Part shown: piece by piece, positions 54,202-64,000 of the stretch | Layout: each line of letters starts with the position of its first letter | Numbering within the stretch: position 1 is the first letter of the stretch | Source of the DNA: an uncultured Succinatimonas sp. | Lineage (GTDB): Bacteria; Pseudomonadota; Gammaproteobacteria; Enterobacterales; Succinivibrionaceae | Direction of reading: 5' to 3' | NCBI GenBank assembly: GCA_938014345.1 | Contig: CALLSM010000036.1 | Span: 1,672 to 65,671 of the forward strand | DNA: 64,000 nucleotides | The notes under the pieces: generated by a model | What the model was told of the DNA's origin: nothing | The model's database searches: none | What the model saw: the letters and a program-made list of their open reading frames with translations, nothing else | Made by a program: the position numbers and the translations under genes

Positions 54202-57200
54202 ATGATTATCATGCGTGGTTCGTCGGCCGTTTCATCGTTCCGAATTGAAAAATTACTAGAAGCCTTTGCATCCGAGGGCATCAAGGTTAAATCTATTTGC
54301 GCTAACTTCATCCACTTAGCTGATGTTGATGGCGATTTAACCGCAGAGGAAAAGGTAGTTTTAGAGAAAATCTTAAGCTACGGTCCGGCCTCTGAAAGTG
54401 TTAATGAGGATGGTGATTTATTCTTCGTCGTACCCCGTATTGGTACCATTTCTCCGTGGGCCTCTAAGGCTACCGATATCGCTCACAACTGCGGTTTAAC
54501 TAAGATTAGACGTGTTGAGCGCGGTATTGCTTGGCATATTGTATCTGCCTCTGGTGCTAAGTTTAACGCCGATGAGCGCAAGGCTATTGCCTCTCACATC
54601 TATGACCGCATGATGGAGAATGTTTTAGACAGCATCGATGCAGGTGCCGCTTTATTTGAAAAGCAGACTCCCAAGCCTTTTAATACTGTCGCTTTAACCA
54701 CCGGTGGTATGGATGCTCTTAAGGAAGCTAACGTCAATTTAGGTTTAGCTTTATCTGAGCCTGAAATGGCCTATTTAATGGATTCCTTTAAGGATTTAGG
54801 CCGCGATCCTACTGATATCGAGCTTTATATGTTCGCTCAGATGAACTCTGAGCACTGCCGTCACAAGGTCTTCAATGCCGCATGGGAAATCGACGGTAAG
54901 GCTGAGGAGAGCTCCTTATTTGGCATGATCCGCAATACCTATAAGACCCATCCTGAGTATGTATTATCCGCCTATAAGGATAATGCTGCTGTTATGGAAG
55001 GCTCTAAGGCTGGTCGTTTCTACCCTAATCCTAATCATGAGTGGGCCTATCACGAAGAAGATATGCCGATCCTCATGAAGGTTGAGACCCACAATCACCC
55101 GACTGCTATCTCGCCGTTCCCGGGCGCTGCCACAGGTTCTGGTGGTGAAATCCGTGATGAGGGTGCTACCGGTGTTGGTTCTCGTCCTAAGGCCGGTGTC
55201 TGCGGCTTTACTGTATCTAATCTGCGTATCCCGGGTGCTGAGCGCGAGTGGGAGCAGGATTTTGGTAAGCCCGATCGCTTAGCCTCAGCTTTACAGATCA
55301 TGATCGAGGGCCCTTTAGGTGCCGCCTCCTTCAATAACGAATTTGGTCGTCCTAACCTCTGCGGTTATTTCCGTACCTATGAGGAAGAGGTCGAGTCCTT
55401 CAATGGCCGTGAGGTGCGTGGTTATCACAAGCCCATTATGCTTGCCGGTGGTTGGGGTAATATCCGCCGTCAGCACATCAATAAAGATCACATCGATCCG
55501 GGCGCAAAGCTCATCGTTTTAGGTGGTCCGGCTATGAATATCGGTTTAGGTGGTGGCGCTGCTTCTTCCATGAACTCCGGTGCCTCTTCTGCCGATTTAG
55601 ACTTCGCTTCTGTACAGCGTGGTAATCCGGAAATGCAGCGTCGCTGTCAGGAAGTTATCGATGCCTGCTGGCAGTTAGGTGATGACAATCCTATCATGTT
55701 CATTCACGACGTCGGTGCTGGCGGTCTGTCTAATGCTATGCCTGAATTAGTGTCCGACGGTGGTGTGGGTGGCCGCTTTAACCTGCGTGCTATCCCGAAT
55801 GATGAGCCGGGTATGTCCCCGTTACAGATTTGGTGTAACGAGTCTCAGGAGCGTTATGTTTTAGCCGTAATGCCGGAGCGTTTTGACGTCTTTGAGAACT
55901 TCTGTAAGCGCGAGCGTGCTCAGTATGCCGTCATCGGTGAGGCCACTGCCGAGCGTCGTGTAGTCTTAGAGGATCCGTACTTTGGCAATAAGCCTATCGA
56001 CTTACCTTTAGACATTCTCTTAGGCAAGCCGCCGCGTGTTCACAAGCAGGTGGTCTCAGCTAAGCAGAATTCCCCTGAGTTCAAATCTGAGGGTATTGCC
56101 GTTAAAGAGGCCTGCGAGCGCGTTTTACGTTTACCGTCTGTAGCTGAGAAGACCTTCTTAATCACCATTGGTGACCGTTCTGTTACAGGCTCTGTTGCCC
56201 GTGATCAGATGGTAGGCCCGTGGCAGGTTCCAGTTTCCGACGTCGCCGTTACTGCCGCTTCCTATGACAGCTATCATGGTGAGGCCGGTGCTATGGGTGA
56301 GAGAACTCCGGTAGCCTTATTAAATCACGCCGCTTCCGTACGTTTAGCTGTAGCTGAGGCTGTAACTAATATTGCCGCAGCCGATATTGGCGAACTCAAT
56401 CGCGTCAAGCTCTCAGCTAACTGGATGGCTCCTAATGGCCACCCCGGTGAGGATGCCGGTTTATTTGAGGCTGTACGTACCTTAGGTATGGAAATCTGCC
56501 CTGAGTTAGGTATCACTGTACCTGTCGGTAAGGATTCCATGTCTATGAAGACCACCTGGGAGCAAGATGGTAAGACCCGTACCGTTACCGCCCCGATGTC
56601 CCTCATCGTTACCGCCTTTGCCCGTGTTGAAGATGTAAGACGCACCTTAACTCCGCAGTTACGTACCGATAAGGGCGATACCACCCTCATCTATGTTGAT
56701 TTAGGTGAGAGACAAAATCGCTTAGGTGGCTCTGCCTTAGCTCAGGTTTATCGTCAGTTAGGCAACAAGTGCGCTGACTTAGATCACCCGGTAAGACTTA
56801 AGGGCTTATTCGATGCCGTACAGTTCTTAAATCGTAAGGGCAAGCTTTTAGCCTATCACGATATCTCCGATGGTGGTTTATTCACTACTGTCTGTGAGAT
56901 GGCCTTCGCCGGTCACACCGGTGTTGAGGTGAAGATGGACGTTTTAGGGGAGGATAACCTTGGCGTACTCTTCTCTGAGGAGCCGGGCGTCGTCATGCAG
57001 GTTTTAACCGAGGATGTTGAGACTGTCTTAAATATTCTCTCCGGTCACGGTTTAGCTAACTGCGCCTTCGCTGTCGGTGGCTTAAGAAATGATGATCGCA
57101 TTGTCTTTAGCCGTGATGGTGTTGATGTTGTCAATGAGGAGCGTCGTCACTTCAGAACTATTTGGGCTGAGACTACCTATCAGATGCAGAAACTGCGTGA

Positions 57201-58098
57201 TAATCCGCAGTGCGCTACCGAGGAGTTCTTAGCTAAGGATGAGTCTGACGATAAGGGCTTATTCGTAAATCTCAGCTATGATCTCAATGAGGATATTGCC
57301 GCTCCGTATATCGCTCGCGGTGTCAATCCGAAGATCGCCATCTTACGTGAGCAGGGTGTTAACTCTCAAAGCGAAATGGCAGCCGCCTTCAATCGTGCCG
57401 GCTTTAACTGTATCGACGTACATATGAGCGATGTGCTCTCAGGCGCCGTCTCCTTAGACGACTTCAAGGGCTTTGCCGCTTGCGGTGGCTTCTCTTATGG
57501 TGACGTTTTAGGTGCCGGTGAAGGTTGGGCTAAGTCGGTGCTCTTTAACTCTAAGGCCGCTGAGGAGTTCTCACGCTTCTTCAACCGTAAGGACACCTTT
57601 GCTTTAGGTGTTTGCAACGGCTGTCAGATGATGTCTACTTTAAGTAGCCTCATCCCCGGTGCTGAGAATTGGCCGCGCTTTGTAACTAATAGATCTGAGC
57701 GCTTTGAGGCCCGTTTTGTTGAAGTTGAGATCACTAAGAGCCCGTCCATTCTCTTTGCTAATATGCAAGGCTCCATGATGCCTATCGTCGTGTCTCACGG
57801 TGAGGGTCGTGCTGAGTTTAGAGATGCCGGTCATTTAGAGGCTCTGAAGGCTCAGAACCTTGTAGCGGCTCGTTATGTCGATCATAACGGTAAGCCTACT
57901 GAGGTTTATCCTTTAAATCCTAATGGTTCACCTGAGGGTATCACCGCTGTTACCACTCCTGATGGTCGCTTCACCGTCATGATGCCGCACCCTGAGCGTG
58001 TAATGCGTGCTATCTGCAACTCTTGGCATCCGGATAATTGGCTCGAGGACAGCCCTTGGGTCCGCTTATTCCGCAATGCCCGCGTCTTTGTAGACTAA
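54202..58098 (+). CDS. purL: Phosphoribosylformylglycinamidine synthase (large PurL)
   Basis: The 1298-aa protein is collinear with E. coli PurL (RGS.A.S.FR..KLL ... C-terminal glutaminase domain). Confidence 0.95.
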   Translation: MIIMRGSSAVSSFRIEKLLEAFASEGIKVKSICANFIHLADVDGDLTAEEKVVLEKILSYGPASESVNEDGDLFFVVPRIGTISPWASKATDIAHNCGLTKIRRVERGIAWHIVSASGAKFNADERKAIASHIYDRMMENVLDSIDAGAALFEKQTPKPFNTVALTTGGMDALKEANVNLGLALSEPEMAYLMDSFKDLGRDPTDIELYMFAQMNSEHCRHKVFNAAWEIDGKAEESSLFGMIRNTYKTHPEYVLSAYKDNAAVMEGSKAGRFYPNPNHEWAYHEEDMPILMKVETHNHPTAISPFPGAATGSGGEIRDEGATGVGSRPKAGVCGFTVSNLRIPGAEREWEQDFGKPDRLASALQIMIEGPLGAASFNNEFGRPNLCGYFRTYEEEVESFNGREVRGYHKPIMLAGGWGNIRRQHINKDHIDPGAKLIVLGGPAMNIGLGGGAASSMNSGASSADLDFASVQRGNPEMQRRCQEVIDACWQLGDDNPIMFIHDVGAGGLSNAMPELVSDGGVGGRFNLRAIPNDEPGMSPLQIWCNESQERYVLAVMPERFDVFENFCKRERAQYAVIGEATAERRVVLEDPYFGNKPIDLPLDILLGKPPRVHKQVVSAKQNSPEFKSEGIAVKEACERVLRLPSVAEKTFLITIGDRSVTGSVARDQMVGPWQVPVSDVAVTAASYDSYHGEAGAMGERTPVALLNHAASVRLAVAEAVTNIAAADIGELNRVKLSANWMAPNGHPGEDAGLFEAVRTLGMEICPELGITVPVGKDSMSMKTTWEQDGKTRTVTAPMSLIVTAFARVEDVRRTLTPQLRTDKGDTTLIYVDLGERQNRLGGSALAQVYRQLGNKCADLDHPVRLKGLFDAVQFLNRKGKLLAYHDISDGGLFTTVCEMAFAGHTGVEVKMDVLGEDNLGVLFSEEPGVVMQVLTEDVETVLNILSGHGLANCAFAVGGLRNDDRIVFSRDGVDVVNEERRHFRTIWAETTYQMQKLRDNPQCATEEFLAKDESDDKGLFVNLSYDLNEDIAAPYIARGVNPKIAILREQGVNSQSEMAAAFNRAGFNCIDVHMSDVLSGAVSLDDFKGFAACGGFSYGDVLGAGEGWAKSVLFNSKAAEEFSRFFNRKDTFALGVCNGCQMMSTLSSLIPGAENWPRFVTNRSERFEARFVEVEITKSPSILFANMQGSMMPIVVSHGEGRAEFRDAGHLEALKAQNLVAARYVDHNGKPTEVYPLNPNGSPEGITAVTTPDGRFTVMMPHPERVMRAICNSWHPDNWLEDSPWVRLFRNARVFVD

Positions 58099-58122
58099 TT
58101 TAGGTCTTAAAGCTTAAAAATG

Positions 58123-58151
58123 AATGCCCACTTTAGCGTGGGCATTTTCGT
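58123..58151 (+). terminator. Rho-independent terminator after purL
   Basis: The hairpin atgcccactttagcgtgggcat is followed by tttcgtc. Confidence 0.7.
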
Positions 58152-58256
58152 CATTATGAGGGTGTTTTCACAAGTAAGAGCTACTTTTGAAAACATCATT
58201 TACATATACTGTTATTAAAGCCTTTTTAGGCATAATACATGCGCACAGGATAAGTT

Positions 58257-61200
58257 ATGAGCGAAATGCCAATTGCAATGAGAAATCTTGAAGCGGAGCT
58301 TATGAGTCATAAAGTCTCCGGTCTTTTAAAGATTTACCTCTTAAAATCTTTTTTTAATAATCTTTTTGTTGAGGTTAACTGTCAGGGCAATACCAATAAT
58401 ACCGGCAATAATGGTGCCGGTAAGACCTCGCTTTTAAGCTTGATTCCGATTTTCTATGGTGCTGAGCCTAATACTGTGGTCTCCCGTGAGGCGGGGAAAT
58501 CTTCCTTTGTGCAGTATTACTTACCCGCTAATGCCTCATTATTAGCCTTTGAGTATCTGCATTTAGGTGAAAAACGCTGTGTGCTTTTATATAGCCATGA
58601 GTCACAGCTTTACTATCGTTTTGTCGCTTGCAGTGGCAAGGAATTATTCTCTAAAGAGAATATGGAGGCGCATGCTGACTTTAACGATACCCGTGAGTGG
58701 CTTAAAGCCTTTGTCGCTAAAAAATATCCGACTAGTATTCAGCTCAATTCCACTATCGACTATCGCACCATTATTCAAAATGGCCGACAGCGCCTACTTA
58801 AAAATCGCCAGCAAAATATCGCCTTAGCACGTGAGTATTCTTTATGTTCAAGTGCCAAAGAAATGCAACATATGGGCGCTTTGACTGCGATTATGATCCG
58901 CAATAATCGCCTCTTAGAGCAATTGCGTATCATGCTTGTCGATTGCTATTTAGGCAATAGCATGCATATTGAAGTGCCAATTGTCGATGCGCAGAGCCTT
59001 AATAGTCAAACGCTACGGGCTATTTTAGAGGTGAAAAAGCAAGAGCCGAATTTACGTGCCGCGATTGCTAAAAGATCAAAGCTCAATGAGGATTTAGGCA
59101 AGGTTAAAGCTTGCTATAAGTATGTCTGCCGCTATCAGGACAGCATGCAAGAGCGGCGTGAGGTTTTAAAGCGCGAGCTTGAGACTTTTACGCAGAATTT
59201 AGAGCTTCTCAATGAGAGTTTTGAGCACAAGCGTCAGCATTTAGAACAGCAAAAATCGAGCTTAGACATTAAAGCTCAGCAATTAGCACAGGCTATTGAG
59301 GCTTTAGAGAAGAAGCGGGCTGAGTATGATGAGCTTGATATCAATAATGTGATCGCCCGTTATGATAATTTAGCCTCTTATCAGGAAGGAGAGCGCAGTG
59401 CTAAGGCGCATTATGACAGTATCAAGGCTTCACAAGATAAGCTTATCTCTGACTTTGACAGTAAGCGCCTGCTTCTTAATAAAGAGCATCAAAAGCATGT
59501 TGAGGACATCAATCAGGTATTAAAAAGCCTTGATGAGAAATTAAAGGCTTTGCAAGGCGAGCTTAATGATAAGAAAAATGCCGCGCGTTTAGCCTGTGAG
59601 CAGGAGCAAGAGGCCCGACGTCAAGAGCGTAATACGCATAAGCAAGATCTCAATGACAAGATCTTAGCTTTAAGCTCAAAAATTACTGAGCTCAAAAAGC
59701 CTACCGAGCTTGAAAGCAAGAAATTACAAGGCTTTGAAGCGACTATTGAGAGCTTAGAGGACAAGCTTAGTAAAAAACAAAAAGACTATATTGCTGTAAA
59801 TAAGCTTTTAGGGGCAAAAGACAAAGCTTTAGTTTCACTTAAAGATAAGCTTGAAAAAACTCAAAATAGAATCACTAAATTGTCTTTACATATTGAGGAT
59901 TTAAAGAGCAAGCTTAATCCGCAAAGTGGCTCCTTACAGGCTTTTTTAGAAGAGGCCCGTCCTTTATGGCGTGAGGATTTAGGTAAGATCATAAATCCAG
60001 AGCTGTTAAAGCGTGTCGATTTAAATCCCGCACTGCAGTCTAAAGAGCAGAGCCTCTATGGCTTAAGCCTTGATTATGGCGCAATTCAAACTCCTGAATA
60101 TCTTCTCAATATCGAGGAGCTCAAACGCATTTTAGAAGAAAAGCTTTTAGAGCTTAAGAGTGAGGATGAGAGTAAGGAGCGCCTCTTAGCTGATCACAAT
60201 AAGGCCGACAGAGAGTATAAAGAGCAAAAGGCTTTGCAATTGCAATTAGCCTCGGACTTAGAGAGTCTGCAAGGCGAGATTACGGCGCAAAAAAATGCCT
60301 TTAAGAGCTATAAGATGGAAGTTGAGCGCGAGAGCAATCTGCGCGCTGATAAGAGCTTAGAGGATTTAGTGGCTTTAAAACAGCAATTAGCTACTTTTGA
60401 TGTTAAGACTAAATCTCTTTTAAGTGAGATTAAACAAGAGCATTTAAATCATGAATTAGAGATTGCCGCCATCTTTGCACAAAAAGAAGAGCCGATTTTA
60501 GCGCATAAGCAATTAAAGGAAGATGAGCTCTCTTTTGAGAGCAATAATTATAAAAAGCGCAATGAGCAGTTAAATCAGGCTTGTGATGCCGCTTTAAGAC
60601 AAGAGGGTTTAGATCCTAAGATCGTGCGTGAGGCTCGCGATACTTATGAAAAGGCTCATGAAGAGGTTGAAAGTATTCAAAAAACTGAGCAATTAGTTAC
60701 TGAATACAAGGCCTGGGACAGCACACAGTGGCGGAGCTTTGATAAATTAAATGATGACCTGCGACAAAGCGAGCTGCAGCTTAATAACGTCAAGCATGCA
60801 TTACAGCAAGAGCAGGAGCAATTCAATCAAAAGTCGAATGTCATTAAGGTTAAATTAAAAGAATTAAGACGCGCTGATAAATATGCTGAGAGTGAGTATC
60901 AGACTTTAGAGAGTTGTCTGCAAAATGTTCTGCAGGCGGAAATTGATAGCATGAGTGCTACAATTGAAGCAGTTGATATCGATTATGTCGAGGTCGCCTT
61001 AGAGCTCAATAAGCTCGCCTCAGATCTCGTACGCAGTGCTAAAGCCTCACGTAAAGCTTTAGAAAATGCGGTTATATCCGTGAATAATATTCTGCAGGCA
61101 AGCCATAGCGATAATGTCATCGCTAAATCCTGGGAGGAGCTCTTAGCACATCGCCGCGAGAGCTTTGATGAAAGCGCTTATTATTCACAGGAATTTTATC

Positions 61201-61991
61201 TCTCCTGTGTTGATGATTTAGTGAAGCTTTTAGATGAGATTATCCCGCTTAATGAGCTTACGGTAATTGAGAGTGTGCGCACGGCTTCACAGAGCTTTAT
61301 GAATTTTTATGTAAGCTTAGAGGCCTTCAATAAGCGCGTGCAGAGCCTCTCTCGTGAGTTTGGTAAGCAGGTAGCTTTAGATAATCCTTTTAAGAGCTTA
61401 AGCGATATTCAAATTGAATTGCTCTCAAAAGTTGAGGAGCAGGATCTGTGGACACCTTTGCGCAACTTTGCCGATAAATTTACCGCCTATCAAGAGCAAG
61501 GGGGACAGGGGGCCCCGTCTCTTGATTTCTTAACGACCTTTGAGACTTTAAACTCAGTGCTCAAAAACTGCCATATTTCGGAGAATTTAGAGTCCTTAGT
61601 GTCATTGCGCATTTCATTGCGTGAAAATGGTCGTCAGGTGCAGATTAGATCCGATAGCGATCTCTCAGGTCTTTCAAGCCGCGGTATTTCTAAGCTCGCG
61701 ATTATCGTCATCTTCTGCGGTTTAACGCGTTATCTCTGTCAAGATCAGAATGTGCGTATTCATTGGCCCTTAGATGAATTAGGTGAGCTACATGAGGATA
61801 ATGTGGTCTTACTCTTTGAGCTTATGAATCGCAATAATATCGTACTCTTCTGTGCACAGCCTAATCCGTCGCCGTCTTTATTGCAGTACTTTGATACTAG
61901 CAATTATATCGACAAGAATAAGGGCGTGAAATTATGTGTGGATGCTAATATTTCCGCAGATAATCCGCTGTTAAGAATTTCTCAGGAGTAA
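58257..61991 (+). CDS. SMC-family ATPase of the MukB/MksB/JetC type (Walker A head, about 900 aa coiled coil, C-terminal signature and Walker B head)
   Basis: The N-terminus LLKIYLLKSFFNNLFVEVNCQGNTNNTGNNGAGKTSLL parallels the MukB head [33 protein letters not shown]. The C-terminus carries LSGLSSRGISKLAIIVIFCGL and IHWPLDELGEL. Confidence 0.8.
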   Translation: MSEMPIAMRNLEAELMSHKVSGLLKIYLLKSFFNNLFVEVNCQGNTNNTGNNGAGKTSLLSLIPIFYGAEPNTVVSREAGKSSFVQYYLPANASLLAFEYLHLGEKRCVLLYSHESQLYYRFVACSGKELFSKENMEAHADFNDTREWLKAFVAKKYPTSIQLNSTIDYRTIIQNGRQRLLKNRQQNIALAREYSLCSSAKEMQHMGALTAIMIRNNRLLEQLRIMLVDCYLGNSMHIEVPIVDAQSLNSQTLRAILEVKKQEPNLRAAIAKRSKLNEDLGKVKACYKYVCRYQDSMQERREVLKRELETFTQNLELLNESFEHKRQHLEQQKSSLDIKAQQLAQAIEALEKKRAEYDELDINNVIARYDNLASYQEGERSAKAHYDSIKASQDKLISDFDSKRLLLNKEHQKHVEDINQVLKSLDEKLKALQGELNDKKNAARLACEQEQEARRQERNTHKQDLNDKILALSSKITELKKPTELESKKLQGFEATIESLEDKLSKKQKDYIAVNKLLGAKDKALVSLKDKLEKTQNRITKLSLHIEDLKSKLNPQSGSLQAFLEEARPLWREDLGKIINPELLKRVDLNPALQSKEQSLYGLSLDYGAIQTPEYLLNIEELKRILEEKLLELKSEDESKERLLADHNKADREYKEQKALQLQLASDLESLQGEITAQKNAFKSYKMEVERESNLRADKSLEDLVALKQQLATFDVKTKSLLSEIKQEHLNHELEIAAIFAQKEEPILAHKQLKEDELSFESNNYKKRNEQLNQACDAALRQEGLDPKIVREARDTYEKAHEEVESIQKTEQLVTEYKAWDSTQWRSFDKLNDDLRQSELQLNNVKHALQQEQEQFNQKSNVIKVKLKELRRADKYAESEYQTLESCLQNVLQAEIDSMSATIEAVDIDYVEVALELNKLASDLVRSAKASRKALENAVISVNNILQASHSDNVIAKSWEELLAHRRESFDESAYYSQEFYLSCVDDLVKLLDEIIPLNELTVIESVRTASQSFMNFYVSLEAFNKRVQSLSREFGKQVALDNPFKSLSDIQIELLSKVEEQDLWTPLRNFADKFTAYQEQGGQGAPSLDFLTTFETLNSVLKNCHISENLESLVSLRISLRENGRQVQIRSDSDLSGLSSRGISKLAIIVIFCGLTRYLCQDQNVRIHWPLDELGELHEDNVVLLFELMNRNNIVLFCAQPNPSPSLLQYFDTSNYIDKNKGVKLCVDANISADNPLLRISQE

Positions 61992-62623
61992 TGAGCATGG
62001 CCGAGCGTTTTGAGTTATGTGTGGAAAAGCTCTTAGATGGTGAGGTTATCTGTGCCCTCACCGATAGCGATTTATTTGCTTATTTAGAGGATGAAGAACA
62101 GTTACAGAACGTCAATATGTGGCTGTTAAAGCTCCATCGGCGGGTGGCGCAAACTGCCGATAAGCGGGGTTTTTATTGCGTCTATAGCGATCTTAATGAT
62201 GATAGACGCAAGCGCTTAGTGCGCTTGCAATTTGAAGAGATTAGCCGCGATTTTGTAGGCTTAGTAGAATGGCTTCGTTTATGCCGTTCCATCTCACATG
62301 AGGCTCGTCCTATTGAAGCTGGCGATATCGTGCGCGAATCGGAGCTTTTAGCGGCGATTGAAAACTCGCAGACGCTAGCGGTGCAGCTTGAAGGTATTGC
62401 CGACAAATTTCAGCGCGCGAAAAACTCCACGATCAGCAATCGCCTGCGCTCGATTTTAGGCTATCTTGAAAATCAGGGCTATTTGCGCTTAAACAATACC
62501 TCAGGCTCAGTCTATACTGCCACCGCTAAATGGTCGCTTGTATACGATATGCTAGAATTTATCGCCTCCTGTGAGCTTCTAGATGACAATCAGGATACGG
62601 CAATACAGACGGAGCTCTTCTAA
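61991..62623 (+). CDS. Operon partner 1 (210 aa); possible KITE (MksE/JetB-like) subunit
   Basis: The start overlaps the upstream stop (taATGa) and the stop overlaps the next start. The size and an N-terminal LL.GEVI...D.DLF.YL motif are reminiscent of DUF4194, but the assignment is weak. Confidence 0.6.
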   Translation: MSMAERFELCVEKLLDGEVICALTDSDLFAYLEDEEQLQNVNMWLLKLHRRVAQTADKRGFYCVYSDLNDDRRKRLVRLQFEEISRDFVGLVEWLRLCRSISHEARPIEAGDIVRESELLAAIENSQTLAVQLEGIADKFQRAKNSTISNRLRSILGYLENQGYLRLNNTSGSVYTATAKWSLVYDMLEFIASCELLDDNQDTAIQTELF

Positions 62624-63876
62624 TGGCACGTAATGGCTCTCCGAAAACCGCTTTTAATCTTTTAAGCCGTAATTTTGAGCTTATAGAGCAGGCCTGTTAT
62701 GAAAATAACGGCGATATGCCATTAGGCGAGGACAATGCCTCTATTGAGGCCTTAGTGCGCAATCGCTTAGCTTATTATATCGATGATGAATTATGCGTGC
62801 GCGTGCATTCAAAGGTAAGAATGCTCGTCGATCATGTCTGCAGTCGCTTTCGCTTTCGTGAAAAACACGGTGAATTTGCCGCCCTTATCGATGCCTTAGA
62901 ATATGCTTTAGAGAGCTTTCATCGCGCGAAATTAAAGCCGCATGGGGATAATTATCAATTAGCCTTAGATGAGGTGCGTGAGGTGGTTTTAGATCTTACT
63001 GAGCTTCTAAGTGAGACGGTAAGCATGTATAACCATTTCGTTTTAGACGATTTCACCACAGCCTACGATCTCGATGAACGCATTTTCCAAACACAGCGCT
63101 GTAAAAACGAATTAGTGCAGATTAACGAGATCTTCATGCAGCTAAAGGTCGAGCAATTATTAGTGTGGGCAAGCTCTGATCCTATAGTAGATAATCTTTT
63201 GATGAAGATCTTCAAGCGTAAGCTTGATCGCTCTTTAAGTGAACTTAATATTGTCAATCAAAAGCTCATTGAGAGATTAGATAAATTGCACTTTGAAAAG
63301 CAGGTGCAAAGACGCAATCTGCTTTTAGATAGCTTTGCAAAAAAATATAAGGATAAGCTGCAATATACGCTAAGTGCAAAGCTGGTATCTTTTCCGCCGT
63401 CTTTAGCTTTAGCCGCTAGGCAAAATGTCTGCGCTTATGCTGATTTAGCTACTCCTAAGGAGAGTTATCAGGAGACTTTAGCTAAACTAGCCTCGCAAGT
63501 TAAAGCTAAAGTACAAAAACAAGCTAGTCCACAAGAGGAGAGCCCTGTTGCTGTCGTGGATGTGCGTGAGGAGAAGCTTGAAGTTAAGATCGATCTTGTC
63601 ATGCAGTATTTAGGCTATCTCTTTGAAGCGGTACTTAGCGATGATTATAAAGAAGATATTTCAGCCGTGGCCTGTTATAAGGCTTTTTGTGCAAAAGAGC
63701 CGCTCTTAGCTGAGAGAATTAAGCTTCAAGATTGGCTGTTTTTGGTAATGACTGAGAGCATGCATAAAAAGCGCATGATAAGACGCCATGCTCTTTATGA
63801 AGAGTGGGGCTTTTATGATGAAGTCTTTAAGGACACAGCCTTAGTTGGGGATATTGTATTTAAAAAGCTCAGGTAG
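62623..63876 (+). CDS. Operon partner 2 (417 aa); possible kleisin (MksF/JetA-like) subunit, unknown function
   Basis: The gene is translationally coupled (taATGg). The protein is helical and acidic with no recognisable catalytic motif. Its size is compatible with a kleisin. Confidence 0.55.
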   Translation: MARNGSPKTAFNLLSRNFELIEQACYENNGDMPLGEDNASIEALVRNRLAYYIDDELCVRVHSKVRMLVDHVCSRFRFREKHGEFAALIDALEYALESFHRAKLKPHGDNYQLALDEVREVVLDLTELLSETVSMYNHFVLDDFTTAYDLDERIFQTQRCKNELVQINEIFMQLKVEQLLVWASSDPIVDNLLMKIFKRKLDRSLSELNIVNQKLIERLDKLHFEKQVQRRNLLLDSFAKKYKDKLQYTLSAKLVSFPPSLALAARQNVCAYADLATPKESYQETLAKLASQVKAKVQKQASPQEESPVAVVDVREEKLEVKIDLVMQYLGYLFEAVLSDDYKEDISAVACYKAFCAKEPLLAERIKLQDWLFLVMTESMHKKRMIRRHALYEEWGFYDEVFKDTALVGDIVFKKLR

Positions 63877-63879
63877 AGT

Positions 63880-64000
63880 ATGGATAAAAGCCTCATCTTA
63901 TTTGCCCAAAAGCTCGTCAATAAACCTCTAGCTAGTATCAGATACAGTCAGAGTTTGAAAGCTTTATGTCAGGAAGTCGGGCTTGCACATAGGCTTATCG
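63880..64000 (+). CDS. Fourth gene of the SMC-like operon; 3' end truncated by the window
   Basis: An ATG lies 4 nt after the previous stop (MDKSLILFAQKLVNKPLASIRYSQSLKALCQEVGLAHRL...). The frame is open to the window end. Confidence 0.4.
   Translation, partial: MDKSLILFAQKLVNKPLASIRYSQSLKALCQEVGLAHRLI

Noticed and set aside
58257-61991. Identifying the large SMC-like protein as housekeeping MukB, SbcC or RecN
   Set aside because: It is 1244 aa, against 1486 aa for MukB. No mukF/mukE precedes it and no sbcD nuclease partner is present. The head architecture is MukB/MksB-like rather than RecN-like. MukB cannot be fully excluded without a search.

Overview
This is a chromosomal window from a moderate-GC gammaproteobacterium. 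The gene order resembles Enterobacterales, Vibrionales and Aeromonadales. Almost the whole window is protein-coding, roughly 55 genes, most of them recognisable housekeeping genes. These include pntAB, crr-ptsI, cysZ/zipA-ligA, rnhA/dnaQ-gmhA, purM, hda-bepA-perM, cnoX-yejM, queA-tgt-yajC-secDF, nlpI, rlmN-rodZ-ispG-hisS-yfgM-bamB-der and purL. No rRNA gene, tRNA gene, CRISPR array or recognisable transposase or integrase was found. Several items stand out as accessory or unusual. (i) At the 3' end, a tightly coupled operon of at least four genes is headed by a 1244-aa MukB/MksB/JetC-like SMC ATPase. Two partner genes follow it, which is the reverse of the canonical condensin or Wadjet gene order, and the operon is cut by the window edge. 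(ii) An AT-rich insert between gmhA and purM carries an EptA/MCR-like phosphoethanolamine transferase. (iii) The same insert carries a Firmicute-type Y-family polymerase (UvrX/YqjW-like) with a YolD-like partner. (iv) A frameshifted gene encodes an HExxH-motif domain fused to a vWA domain. (v) A sugar-utilisation locus (LacI-type regulator, GH140-like hydrolase, GPH transporter) has an unusual TTTAAAC-repeat promoter region. (vi) A NaChBac-type voltage-gated channel gene lies next to ligA. (vii) An unannotated 44-aa basic ORF resembling bL34 lies between der and purL. (viii) DnaQ, RodZ, BamB and Der carry low-complexity or charged extensions. All functional calls rest on reading the translated ORFs against remembered family signatures. 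No database search was run.
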